Shown piece by piece: positions 1 to 9,509 of a DNA stretch of 64,000 bases. Numbering within the stretch: position 1 is the stretch's first letter; every line of letters starts with the position of its first letter. The notes under the pieces are model-generated. The model had not been told where the DNA came from. It ran no database searches and worked only from the letters and a program-made list of their open reading frames with translations. The translations under genes and the position numbers were made by a program. Origin of the DNA: an uncultured Candidatus Binatia bacterium. Its GTDB lineage: Bacteria; Desulfobacterota; Binatia; UBA9968; JAJDTQ01. The stretch covers positions 3,504,628 to 3,568,627 of the forward strand of contig OZ243984.1 in assembly GCA_965214905.1 (NCBI GenBank), read 5' to 3'.

Positions 1-1
1 G

Positions 2-31
2 AAGGCCCTCGACGTTTTCCTGGGCGAGTAG
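2..31 (+). CDS. 3' end of an upstream gene (partial). The C-terminus ...KALDVFLGE* resembles the C-terminus of the DctP-type SBP at 1396-2427.
   Basis: In-frame translation ends ...LDVFLGE then TAG at 29-31; the DctP below ends ...LAVFLGE. Confidence 0.3.
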   Translation, partial: KALDVFLGE

Positions 32-241
32 TCCGGTCGGGGGCCCGGGTTGCGGGCCCCCTTCCCTGTGCATAACGCAGTATTCTCTTCAGCATCCCGG
101 ATAGTTCCCGGATAGCCCCTTGACATTGTTTCGGGGCTTCGACTAGGGTCCTTGTCACGCCGTGAGACGCGGGATGGTGTGGTCCGGACAGGAGAGAAGC
201 CGCATCGAACGTGGGCCACGCGAGCGGTTCGGGAGGATGCC

Positions 242-1309
242 GTGTCCTATGACGATTACTCCGTAGTGGATTGTGACGGTCATGTGGTGGAGTGGATCCC
301 CGACATGGCCGAGTACATGAGCGACCGCATCAAGGGCCAGGCCCTCAATCCGGCCCGAAACCGCCAGGGGGTTTTCCCTTCCATCGACGGAATGCATTTC
401 GCCTTGCGGGCGGGAACCATCGACAGCGAGAGGGTCACCGCCAGCGAGTACATGCCGGGCAGCGGCGAGGACTGGGTCGCCTTCCTGGAACAGGCCGGCA
501 TCGACAAAACCGTCCTGTTCAGCACCGAGGGGCTCTCGGTGGGCTTCATCCAGATACCCCGGTATGCGGTCGAGGTCTGCCAAGCCTACAACGACTACAT
601 CCACGAGAAGTTCGCCAAGGTGAGCGACCGGCTGCGGCCGGTGGCGCTCCTGCCCATGCAGGACGTTCCGGAGGCGGTGAAGGAGCTCCGGCGCGCGGTG
701 GACAAACTCGGCTTCGTCGGCGGCATGCTGCCGTCCACGGGACTGCCGCTCCACCTGGGCCACCAGAGCTACTGGCCGGTCTACGCGGAAGCCGAGCGCC
801 TGGGGGTGCCGATCGCCATTCACGGCGGCTCCAACCTGGGCGTCGGGATGGACACGTTCACGAATTTCACCGGCTCTCACGTCTTGCATCATTCGGTTCC
901 GTTGATGATCGCGCTCGTGTCGTTCATCTACCACGGCGTGTTCGACGCACACCCGAAGCTCCGGGCGGCGTTCATGGAGGGAGGCTGCGGCTGGCTCGAT
1001 TTTCTCATCGACCGCATGGTGCGGGACGAGAACTACTTCGACGCCGCGGATCAACCCGACATGCGGCCGGTGGAATATCTCAAGGGTGGCCGCATCCTGC
1101 TGGGATGCGAGGGCAGCGAGGAGACCCTGGCGTACGTCGCCAGCAGGGTGGGCATCGAGGCCTTCGCCTACGCGTCCGACTATCCGCACGAGGTGGATCT
1201 GCCGGCGGCGAAACACGAGATCGATGAGGTGGTGGAACGCGACGACATGTCCAGGGAGGACAAGCAGGCGGTGCTGGGTGACAACGCCAAGAGGTTCTTC
1301 AACTTGTGA
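242..1309 (+). CDS. amidohydrolase family protein (amidohydrolase_2 / ACMSD-like metal-dependent hydrolase)
   Basis: The ORF contains VVDCDGHVVEW near the N-terminus and a C-terminal AYASDYPH motif, both typical of PF04909. The likely start is GTG at 242, preceded by GGGAGGA; the track's 152 start is TTG with an Arg-rich non-native leader. Confidence 0.8.
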   Translation: MSYDDYSVVDCDGHVVEWIPDMAEYMSDRIKGQALNPARNRQGVFPSIDGMHFALRAGTIDSERVTASEYMPGSGEDWVAFLEQAGIDKTVLFSTEGLSVGFIQIPRYAVEVCQAYNDYIHEKFAKVSDRLRPVALLPMQDVPEAVKELRRAVDKLGFVGGMLPSTGLPLHLGHQSYWPVYAEAERLGVPIAIHGGSNLGVGMDTFTNFTGSHVLHHSVPLMIALVSFIYHGVFDAHPKLRAAFMEGGCGWLDFLIDRMVRDENYFDAADQPDMRPVEYLKGGRILLGCEGSEETLAYVASRVGIEAFAYASDYPHEVDLPAAKHEIDEVVERDDMSREDKQAVLGDNAKRFFNL

Positions 1310-1395
1310 GTCCGACGGGCAATTCGCGCCGACGACGTTGGGCCGTGATGCTTCAGCGTCACGGTAAAGGGAACTAACATCAGAAAGGGGAAAGC

Positions 1396-2427
1396 ATGAA
1401 GGCAGTATCGAAATCGTTGGCAGTCTTCCTGATGGCAGGCTTGCTGTGCGCTGCCGGGGCGGTGGTCCCGGAAGACGCCCAATCGAAGATCATCCTCAAG
1501 GTGGCGACCCAGTCGGCCCGCCCGGGAACGCCGCGCGCGGATTACCTGGTGCACTTCAAGAACGGTGTGGCGGAACGGACCAAGGGCGAGATCGAGGTTC
1601 AGATCTTCTGGGCCAACTCCCTCGTGCATGCCAAGGAGGCCCTGGAAGCGGTGCAGTTGGGCACGTCGGACATGGCCGATCTGGCCATCGGCTATTTTTC
1701 CGACAAGATCCGGCTGCTGCAGGTGGCGGGTCTGCCTTTTTCCGTCAGTGATCCGGTACAGGCCCGGAACGGCGGTCTGCGCGTGCTGGCGCAGGTCCCG
1801 GAGGCGTCCGCCGAGCTCACCAAGTTCGGTCACGTGGTGGTGGGCATGACCGCCACGGCGAGCTATCAGCTCGTGGCCCACGATCCCATCCGGACCCTGG
1901 CGGACCTCAAGGGCAAGAAGGTCGGCACCTTCGGTCGCATCGCACCCAAGGCCATCAAGGCCGGGGGAGCGATCCCGGTGAGCACCACCGGCGGAGAGAT
2001 GTACGAGGCGCTCCAGCGCAAGACCATCGACGCGCGCATCCTCTCTTTCGAGGCGGCCCAGCGGTTCAAGACCTACGAGGTGGCCAAGTACATGAGCCGC
2101 ATCGAGATGGGAGCGATCGCGGGTATCAACACGTTCACCATCAACAAGAAAAAGTGGGACTCCTTGTCCGAGGAACATCAGAAGATCCTCTTGGAGGAAG
2201 GCGAGAAGGTCGGAAAGTGGGAAGCCCAGGCGATGAAGGACGACGACGTCAAGTTCCAGAAGTATCTGAAGGACAAGGGCGTCGAGATCGTCGATTTTTC
2301 GGCCGAGGACAGGGAGAAGTGGAAGAACAGCCCTGGCGTCCGGAAGATCGCCGGAGACTGGGTGGCGGGCATGGAAAAGCTGGGTCTGCCCGGCAAGAAG
2401 ACCCTCGCGGTTTTCCTGGGCGAATAG
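1396..2427 (+). CDS. dctP: TRAP transporter substrate-binding protein, DctP family
   Basis: It has a signal peptide (MKAVSKSLAVFLMAGLLCAAG) and DctP-like length and composition. It is followed by DctQ and DctM genes. The RBS is GGGGAAAGC before the ATG. Confidence 0.85.
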   Translation: MKAVSKSLAVFLMAGLLCAAGAVVPEDAQSKIILKVATQSARPGTPRADYLVHFKNGVAERTKGEIEVQIFWANSLVHAKEALEAVQLGTSDMADLAIGYFSDKIRLLQVAGLPFSVSDPVQARNGGLRVLAQVPEASAELTKFGHVVVGMTATASYQLVAHDPIRTLADLKGKKVGTFGRIAPKAIKAGGAIPVSTTGGEMYEALQRKTIDARILSFEAAQRFKTYEVAKYMSRIEMGAIAGINTFTINKKKWDSLSEEHQKILLEEGEKVGKWEAQAMKDDDVKFQKYLKDKGVEIVDFSAEDREKWKNSPGVRKIAGDWVAGMEKLGLPGKKTLAVFLGE

Positions 2428-2548
2428 GTTTCGAACAGGTCTGTTCGAGGGGCGTGGGTAAGACCCGTTCCAGCAAAACACGCAGCTTGCGGGGGCGGCT
2501 GTGAGGCCGCCTCCGCAAGGCTGACCGTCAGCCACAGGATTAGTCATC

Positions 2549-3097
2549 TTGGACCAAACGAACGAACCCGTTGAATCCGTTGCGGACGTCGATAAGTTCT
2601 CGTCGCCGGCGGACGGGACACGGACCACCCGGTTCATCACTTTTCTGAATGAAGTAAGCGGCTATGTCCTCTTCTTCATGATGTTGCTGATCACGGTGGA
2701 CGTCACCGGGCGCTACGTGTTCTCGAGTCCCATCCCCGGGACCCTGGAATTTACCGAATTTCTCATCGTGTTCGTGGTCTTCTTCAGCATGGCGTATGTC
2801 CAGCTCACCAAGCGGCACATCTGCGTGGAGCTGTTGACGCAGCGGCTGCCACGGAGGGTTGCGGACGGACTTGCGGTGGTGGTCCTTCTGATCGCGGCGG
2901 TGTTTTTTCTGCTCATGTGCTGGCAGTCGTGGCATGCCGGGCTTTCGTCTCTGGAATACCGCGAGGCCTCCGACGGATTGGTGCAGATTCCGGTTTATCC
3001 GCCCAAGCTCGCCATCCCCTTCGGCGCTGCCCTGATCGCCATCCAGATGGTGCGAGACGCCTGGAAACGGTTTCGGAGTCTCATAACCCCGGGGTAG
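2549..3097 (+). CDS. dctQ: TRAP transporter small permease, DctQ family
   Basis: 182 aa with four hydrophobic segments and a DVTGRYVF motif. It lies between dctP and dctM. The start is uncertain: TTG at 2549 with no nearby ATG. Confidence 0.7.
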   Translation: MDQTNEPVESVADVDKFSSPADGTRTTRFITFLNEVSGYVLFFMMLLITVDVTGRYVFSSPIPGTLEFTEFLIVFVVFFSMAYVQLTKRHICVELLTQRLPRRVADGLAVVVLLIAAVFFLLMCWQSWHAGLSSLEYREASDGLVQIPVYPPKLAIPFGAALIAIQMVRDAWKRFRSLITPG

Positions 3098-3104
3098 GTT
3101 TTCC

Positions 3105-4418
3105 ATGGACCCGACCTTTCTGGCGATCCTCAGCGTCTTTGTTCTGATCATTCTGCTTCTGTGCGGCCTTCACGTGGCCGTGTCACTGGGGCTGGTCGGG
3201 GTGTTGGGCTTCGTCATGATCACCGATAGTTGGTCCGCCGGGATCGGCCTGTTACGGACGACCCCGTACAAGGTCGTGGCCAACTTCACGTTCTTCGCCA
3301 TCCCCGTTTTCATTTTGATGGGGCAGTTCGCCAACTACGGCGGCTTGAGCGCGGACATCTACTCGGTGGTTCACAAGTGGCTGGGGCGGGTCCGGGGCGG
3401 CCTCGCCATGGCCACCACGGCGAGTTGCGCCGCCTTTGCCGCGGCCTGCGGCTCGAGCGTGGCCACCGCCGCCACCTTTACCCAGGTGGCCTTGCCGGAG
3501 ATGCTCAAGTACGGCTACGACAAACGCATCGCCACCGGCGCCATCGCGGCCTCCGGGACCCTGGGAGCGCTGATTCCTCCCAGCGGCCTCATGATCATCT
3601 ACGGCATCATCACCGAGCAGTCCATCGGCAAGCTGCTGATCGCCGGCTTCATTCCGGGGCTCCTCTCGGCCCTGATCTACATGGGCATGATCTCGTTCTG
3701 GGTCAGGCTCCGGCCCGAAATGGCGCCCATCATCGACGAGCGGCCGCCGTTGAGGGAGAAGCTCCTGTCCCTGTACCGGGTGTGGGGCATCGTCACCCTC
3801 TCCATCATCGTCATGGGCGCCATCTACCTCGGCATCGCCACCCCCACCGAGGCGGGCGCCTTCGGCGCCTTCGGCGCGTTCGTGATCATGATCGCCAAGG
3901 GCGCTTTCTCGCGCCAGAGGCTGCGGAACACCGTGCTCGATACCGCCACCTCCACCACGATGCTGTTCACCATCATCATCGGCGCCTACATCTTCAGCCG
4001 GTTCCTGGCCGTCACCAACGTCGGTCCGCAGTTGGCCGACTATCTGGTGAGTTCGGGCGCACCGCGGCATCTGATCCTGGCGGGGTTCCTGCTGCTCTAC
4101 GTGTTCCTGGGCATGTTCATGGACCCGGCCGCGATGATGGCCATCACCTTGCCCATCGTCTTCCCCATCGTCATCGAGATGGGCTTCAGCGGCATCTGGT
4201 TCGGCGTGCTGGTGATCAAGACCTCCGAGATCGGCCTCATCACCCCGCCGGTGGGAATGAACGTCTACACCGTGAACGCTGCGGCCCATGGCATGGTGCG
4301 CCTTGAGGATATCTTCAAGGGCATCCTGCCGTTCTTTCTCATGGACGTCCTGACCCTCGTGGTCCTGGTGGCCTTCCCGCAGATCTCCCTGTGGCTGCCG
4401 GACCGGATGCTGGGGTAG
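3105..4418 (+). CDS. dctM: TRAP transporter large permease, DctM family
   Basis: 437 aa polytopic membrane protein with the DctM-like GSSVATAATF and GALIPPS motifs. Its ATG is 8 bp after dctQ. Confidence 0.9.
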   Translation: MDPTFLAILSVFVLIILLLCGLHVAVSLGLVGVLGFVMITDSWSAGIGLLRTTPYKVVANFTFFAIPVFILMGQFANYGGLSADIYSVVHKWLGRVRGGLAMATTASCAAFAAACGSSVATAATFTQVALPEMLKYGYDKRIATGAIAASGTLGALIPPSGLMIIYGIITEQSIGKLLIAGFIPGLLSALIYMGMISFWVRLRPEMAPIIDERPPLREKLLSLYRVWGIVTLSIIVMGAIYLGIATPTEAGAFGAFGAFVIMIAKGAFSRQRLRNTVLDTATSTTMLFTIIIGAYIFSRFLAVTNVGPQLADYLVSSGAPRHLILAGFLLLYVFLGMFMDPAAMMAITLPIVFPIVIEMGFSGIWFGVLVIKTSEIGLITPPVGMNVYTVNAAAHGMVRLEDIFKGILPFFLMDVLTLVVLVAFPQISLWLPDRMLG

Positions 4419-4424
4419 GAATCA

Positions 4425-6704
4425 TCAGCGATTATCAATTGGCTCCGCGTCGATTTCGGAACTGCCCTGCGACAGGGCTTGAGAACCGACAAACTCGATG
4501 ATCTGCGGCAGTGTCACGGCGCCGATGCGCCGGGCCTCGCGCAACAAGAGCAGCGCGGCAACGGTGGCCTCGGCACTCGTCGCAACCTGTTGCAGGTTTT
4601 GCCGGACGGTTTGGGGCAGTGCGTCGCCGATGGCCTCCAGGAGATCGGCTTCGATTTGCTGCTCGACGACGCGCCCACGTTCGGTTTCGTCGGCGAGGGA
4701 CAGCGCTCTGCGCCATTTGTCGAGATGTCTGGATCGGATCGCCAGTAGATCGAGCCCCGGGTTACCCAACCGGGCGGCGCACTCCGCAACCATCGGGTCG
4801 AACCGATACGCTTCCCATCCAAGATCGATGCGGCCAATGAGGTCTGCAACGAGCCTCGGGCCGTCCTCCGGGTGGTGGAGCAGGTCGCAGGCTTCAATTG
4901 CGTCGATACCTGAAGGCTGCTCGGCGACGAAATACACACTCGCGTAAAACGAGGTCCGGGTCGGACATCCTATTGTGCTCCCGCAACTGCTTCAGCGCAT
5001 CGGCAAACTGCAGGTACGCAGGGCGATACGCTTCTCCGCGCGGTCCGTTCCGGTCGAGCATGAGCAGCAGGTCGAGCAGGAATGACCGTTCGGTGCTTCG
5101 ATCCAACCCGGGTCTGACGCTGCCGATGAGGTCAAGCAGCCGCTCGATTTCCTGGCTTGGGCTGAGACGCCGTCCGCAAACGATCTCTGCCTAGAGTTGT
5201 ATGCGTGGCGAAATCATATAGTTCGATCCTTCCTCGTCCTCTCGCCAACGGAACAGGTCGAGGTCGGCAAGGAGATGGCTGATTTGATCCTGATGCAGTC
5301 CGCCGGTCTGACCAAGCACCCGAAAAACGAGATTGACGGGTACCGGGCAATTCAGCCGTCCGGCCACCATGACATAGTCGATCAGCCGTCCCGCCGCGTC
5401 GAGGCCCAAAACTGCGAGCTTTTCATCGTCCTCGAATACCTGCGAGGTAGGGCTGGCAATGCCCAACTCAATCAACTGCTCCGCTATGCTGGATAGTCCG
5501 TTAGAGGGTCGCGGCACATGCCGTGCCCGATCCCGTACGACACTTTCGGCAGCTCTGGCTTCCGACGACACGCCGGCGGCCAGCCGCCCGCGCGCCACGG
5601 GTAACCTGCGATACAGCATGGCAAAGATGGAGTCACTGGTGTTCGGTCCATAGTGCGGCTCAACCTGGAAGTCGTCCCGTAGTTTCTCGAACGCGGCCAG
5701 ATCCAGGGACGAGACACGGGCTGGCGCCTCGACGAACCGGTCCGACCTGCCGATGCTCTTTCCTGTGCCCGACTGTCCGTGCAGGACGACGACATCGTCG
5801 GAGTCGGGTTGCCCGAGCCGCTTCAGTTTGTCATTCACTGTCCTCCAAAGGGTATCCTCGAACTCGCGTTCCACCGCGAACCCGCGCGATATCCCCTCTA
5901 CCAGCAATCTGAAGTTGCCAGGGGTACTGTGGAAGCGACGGAACGCATCGTACGCTTCGGAGTCGTCCATTGGCTCGGGCTCTTGCGTCCACCCGTCATC
6001 GACAATGGCGGCCGATGCTTCTACTCGAAGACGCGCAGGGCCGGTGTAATATCCAGCGTCGCGTTCCCGGCAAGCGACACCAAGCCCGGATCGTCCGGCG
6101 CAGCGGACCCCGCAACGTCGAGCACCCCGCGAAGTTCAAGCTGACGGATTGCGCTCGCGAGAGTTGCCGTAGTCGGAATGAGCAATTTTTGCCGGATCAT
6201 CTCATCGGCTATGCTTGAGTCCTCGACTTCGCCGGGATAGCCGAACCATAGAACCCTGGGGCCTGCTTGGCCGGATAGAGGCGCCAATAGGGAATTCGGC
6301 GGTATCCAATCCCCGTTCGGGTCGTAACCCGCTATGACCACCAAACCGCCCACCGTCGCCGTCTCCGCGATACGGTTAAGCAATTGCGTTGCGTGCAGGA
6401 TGAGGCGGCGCGTCAGATCGCTTTGCTTTCGAGGTGATCGCGCTTTCTCAATGGTTTCACTGGACTTTCCAAGGAGATAGTAGATTGGAGGTCTCGATCG
6501 ACTGCGCGGCACCCTCGCGTAGGTGTCTTTGGAGAGTACCGGCTCGGGTTGCCTACCGCGGGTCTCGAAACGTCTCGCAAACCGGGGGTCGATGGAGGAC
6601 GTGAACACCGCGCTCCAGGCAACCTCGAAGATGGTGGCGGCAGCGTCGGAGGGTACGCTTCGCTCAAACCGTTCGGAAAGCCACGTCATGTCGGATGCGC
6701 TCAA
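4425..6704 (-). pseudogene. Fragmented large NTPase gene read across three or more frames: ORFs 6704-6021, 5970-5191 and 5106-4425. The middle piece carries a Walker A motif (VVVLHGQSGTGKS). The N-terminal piece has possible SIR2_2-like motifs (VFTSSIDPRFARRFE, IYYLLGKSS). The whole looks like a decayed STAND/SIR2-type defence ATPase.
   Basis: Three consecutive same-strand ORFs are separated by stops and frame changes. Sequence after the GKS motif looks out of frame. GC is lower than in the flanks. Confidence 0.4.
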
Positions 6705-7016
6705 ACCTTGCTTGATCGCCGCACGCCACCCCGAATCGCGGTCCGCGCCTTCAATGCGGCGGAGGAGGGTGCCGAGTATTGCATCGTGCGCCGTATCGAG
6801 ACTGTTTGACTCACCGTGTCGTCCACCATGGAGTAACCAGCCGGAACCGGCTGAACGACGGTCCTGCCCCGTTTCCCGATTCTCGCCGGTGCGCGGCGTC
6901 CGAGAGTGTCAAAGGCGGCGCTTCCGCACATCCTGCTCCGTCCAGTCAGGTAGGTGAGCCGTCATCAACGCCTTGAACAGCTTGCCGTGCCGGGTCGAGA
7001 ATACCACGCTGGCCAA

Positions 7017-7380
7017 TCAGTAGGCGCTGCCGCGGTAGGTGTACGGCCTCGACGTGCCTTGGCCTGCGCTGACTACGATCACCTCACGGTTGCCATCCAC
7101 GCGGACCCGTTCGACCGTCGGAAACGCCGGAGGATCGATTTGCTGAAGCTCGGCGCTCAAGTGCTCAATGGTGCGCTCGCTGACCTGCTGCCCAACCGGG
7201 ACCCGTCCGGCGTCACCCCGAGCAGCACCTGTCCGCCGCGCTGATTCAGAAAGGCGCACACTGTCCTGGCCGCCTCGCGGCGCGCCCAGTGGTCTTTTTG
7301 AACTCCAGCGTTTCCGACTCGCCGGACGCGGCCAGCGCTACGATCTCGTCAAGCGTCAACATAGTGACCTCACATCTTCT
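7017..7380 (-). pseudogene. Remnant of an AlbA_2 (Schlafen-like, 'divergent AAA'/RecG-like) DNA-binding protein gene, frameshifted
   Basis: The reverse strand at 7380-7262 translates to MLTLDEIVALAASGESETLEFK..., the hallmark AlbA_2 N-terminus, then hits a stop. A second frame, 7259-7017, continues through ...VDGNREVIVVSAGQG. Confidence 0.4.
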
Positions 7381-7553
7381 GTAGTAGCTGCCGAGTTCAC
7401 CCCTTGCTTCTCGTCATGTCGGGCGCGGCCAATCGGCCGTCTGCTTGATCCTGCTTGATAAGCTGACGGATTGGTCATATTGTTAATCCCTTATCCGTGA
7501 CGTTCTGCCGTTTTTGCTCCCAGCTATGCCGGGTTAGTGTCGAGGAGTCGGTT

Positions 7554-7787
7554 ATGGTCATGATAAGCGTCCATGAAGCGAAGATGCATCTGTCCCGCCT
7601 TCTCGTGCAGGTCGAGGCCGGCGGGGAGGTTGTCATCGCACGCAACGGTAAGCCGGTGGCACGGCTCGTAAGGGTCCAAAAGCGTGGCAAGCGGCAATTC
7701 GGCTCATGGAAGGGACGGATAACGATCGACGACAGCTTCTTCGACCCGCTGCCGGAGGATGAGTTGAAGGCATGGGAAGGTGAATAG
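7554..7787 (+). CDS. Type II antitoxin, Phd/YefM family
   Basis: MVMISVHEAKMHLSRLLVQVEAGGEVVIARNGKPVARLV is the classic Phd/YefM fold signature. A VapC-like remnant follows immediately. Confidence 0.8.
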   Translation: MVMISVHEAKMHLSRLLVQVEAGGEVVIARNGKPVARLVRVQKRGKRQFGSWKGRITIDDSFFDPLPEDELKAWEGE

Positions 7788-7901
7788 CAGTTGCGGGCAC
7801 TGTTGGATGCTCATACTTTTCTTTGGTGGATCACAGATAGCAGCCGTCTGTCTGAGGCGGTGCGCCAGACGATTGCAGGTGCGCAACCAAGCCGAATTTG
7901 A
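7788..7901 (+). pseudogene. Truncated PIN-domain toxin (VapC) remnant. Only about 37 codons remain (…LLDAHTFLWWITDSSRLSEAVRQTIAGAQ…), ending at TGA.
   Basis: The frame that starts directly after the Phd stop encodes LLDAHTFLWW, the VapC N-terminal motif, but stops after 37 aa. No PIN continuation appears in any frame. Confidence 0.55.
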
Positions 7902-8009
7902 CACTTGGCGCGCGACACGTCATCCTTCCGTCAAAGGTTTCCCCGATGACAAGTGCTCCAGGTGAGCACTCTCAGAAGGAGTAGTTGGGGGGATCTTTTT
8001 TGGGACCAG

Positions 8010-8336
8010 CTACTCCCTCACGTGGTAGATGCGCTTTTGCATATCGCCGGTGATTACATCGACCACTCGATGGACGAGCGGTCGTAATTCCTGTACGCGC
8101 GTTCGCGACGCGATCATCACCACTACCGGAATCGGCAGATCGTCCAGGTTCTGCTGGTATTCAATGCCCTGATCCGCAGTGATGAATGCATCGAAATCAT
8201 GGGCTGCCGCCAGTTTCAGAAGATCGCCATTCGATCTGCCCGCCCATCCCATTTCCGGCACCGTGACCATCTCGAAGCGACCTGGGAAGTGCGTACGAAG
8301 GGGCCTCGGCATCGACTCGTCAAGAAGCAGCCTCAT
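8010..8336 (-). CDS. DUF5615 family PIN-like putative toxin
   Basis: MRLLLDESMP... N-terminus. It is paired with, and overlaps by 17 bp, the upstream DUF433 gene. Confidence 0.7.
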   Translation of the reverse strand: MRLLLDESMPRPLRTHFPGRFEMVTVPEMGWAGRSNGDLLKLAAAHDFDAFITADQGIEYQQNLDDLPIPVVVMIASRTRVQELRPLVHRVVDVITGDMQKRIYHVRE

Positions 8337-8544
8337 CCGACGTTCCGGTGAGTGAAGCCTTTGCGCGTTCAAGGACCTCGATGGCTTGGCTACGCGACAC
8401 CGTGGGATAGCTTTCGAGGAAGTCGTCAAGCCGGTCGCCCGCTTCCAGGTGCTCGATCAGGATACGTATGGGGACCCTGGTCCCAGGGAACACCGCCGTC
8501 CCGCCGAGAATGCCGAGTTCTTTGCTGATGCTCTTTTCCTTCAT
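8320..8544 (-). CDS. DUF433 domain protein (putative antitoxin partner of DUF5615)
   Basis: MKEKSISKELGILGGTAVFPGTRVPIRILIEHLEAGDRLDDFLESYP is DUF433-like. The RBS is GAGGTG. Confidence 0.7.
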   Translation of the reverse strand: MKEKSISKELGILGGTAVFPGTRVPIRILIEHLEAGDRLDDFLESYPTVSRSQAIEVLERAKASLTGTSDEAAS

Positions 8545-8629
8545 GGTTGCACCTCGGTTGGTTTCAGTCCCTGTGGCTATCTCTGCAAGCAATGGGTCTC
8601 ATCTTCTAAGCGCACTCAGTCTTGGCTGC

Positions 8630-8896
8630 CTAGTGACGCGCCCCGATCCTCTCATCAAACACGAGGCGATTTCGCATTCCCAGGATTTCCTGCCAAGGGA
8701 CTCCCGGCGCTTGTGTTCGAGAAGATTCGGTTACTTGAGCTGCTGCTTCGCCAGTAATCTCAATGTCTTTGACCAACGACAGAAGCAGTTGGCGGTCGGT
8801 CTCCAAGTCACCTCGTGCTCGATCACGGGCAAACAACACGGCCTCACGGGGGGCGTCGAGCATATGGCGCAGGCGGATTACGTTATCCTTGAACAT
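8630..8896 (-). CDS. HepT-like (DUF86) toxin, apparently truncated or degenerate
   Basis: ...VPWQEILGMRNRLVFDERIGARH* stops where HepT proteins normally continue (Rx4HxY then ...VW). The catalytic H and Y positions read F and E. It overlaps the MntA gene by 14 bp. Confidence 0.55.
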   Translation of the reverse strand: MFKDNVIRLRHMLDAPREAVLFARDRARGDLETDRQLLLSLVKDIEITGEAAAQVTESSRTQAPGVPWQEILGMRNRLVFDERIGARH

Positions 8897-9188
8897 ATTG
8901 CACTTCCGCCGCGTCCAGCACTTCTTGCCGGAAATAGTGGCTCAGGTCCTCGATCGTTCGCAGATCGACCTTGCGTCCCGAGAACAGGTCGAACAACTCC
9001 ATCTCCATGCCGGCAACGCCCAGTAGCCCAGGAATCCGGTTCGGCTCGAACTCGACGAGTACGTCTATATCGCTCTCAGGTCCAAAGTTCTCGCGCAACG
9101 CCGAGCCAAAGACGGCAAGGCGCTTGATCCCATGCTCTTGGCAGAATGCGGCAAGCGCGTCCTTAGCGATCGATACCTGTGGATTCAT
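8883..9188 (-). CDS. MntA-type nucleotidyltransferase antitoxin
   Basis: LAVFGSALRENFGPESDIDVLVEF is the minimal NTase GS..DxD motif. Confidence 0.8.
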   Translation of the reverse strand: MNPQVSIAKDALAAFCQEHGIKRLAVFGSALRENFGPESDIDVLVEFEPNRIPGLLGVAGMEMELFDLFSGRKVDLRTIEDLSHYFRQEVLDAAEVQYVQG

Positions 9189-9224
9189 TGCTCGTGATCC
9201 TCCATTTCGGCAGAATTCCCCATC

Positions 9225-9509
9225 CTAGCCAAAAATCTCGCACTTCAGTTCTTCGTAGACCGTCATTCCAGGTTTGATGAGCGGGGCCAGGGTGTTGCGC
9301 ATGAATGCTTTCGCGTCGTTTCCACATTTCGTAAGGCCTGGAATTTGTTTGCTCGCAAGGTAAATCTCGCCACTGGCTGGCTTCAGGTCGTCGGGGGCAG
9401 CATCGGTTCTACCGGCAAGTGGTTTTCTCTTCTTCTTCAGGAGGTCTTCAAGCTTGTCTGCCTTACCAACCGACTCGGCGAGCGCCGTTAGGACCTCGTC
9501 GCAGAACAA
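9225..9509 (-). CDS. Hypothetical small protein. It may be a frameshifted C-terminal continuation of the upstream ATPase/Toprim gene.
   Basis: It begins 21 bp inside the end of the 9488-10798 ORF, in another frame. No motif was recognised. Confidence 0.3.
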   Translation of the reverse strand: MFCDEVLTALAESVGKADKLEDLLKKKRKPLAGRTDAAPDDLKPASGEIYLASKQIPGLTKCGNDAKAFMRNTLAPLIKPGMTVYEELKCEIFG

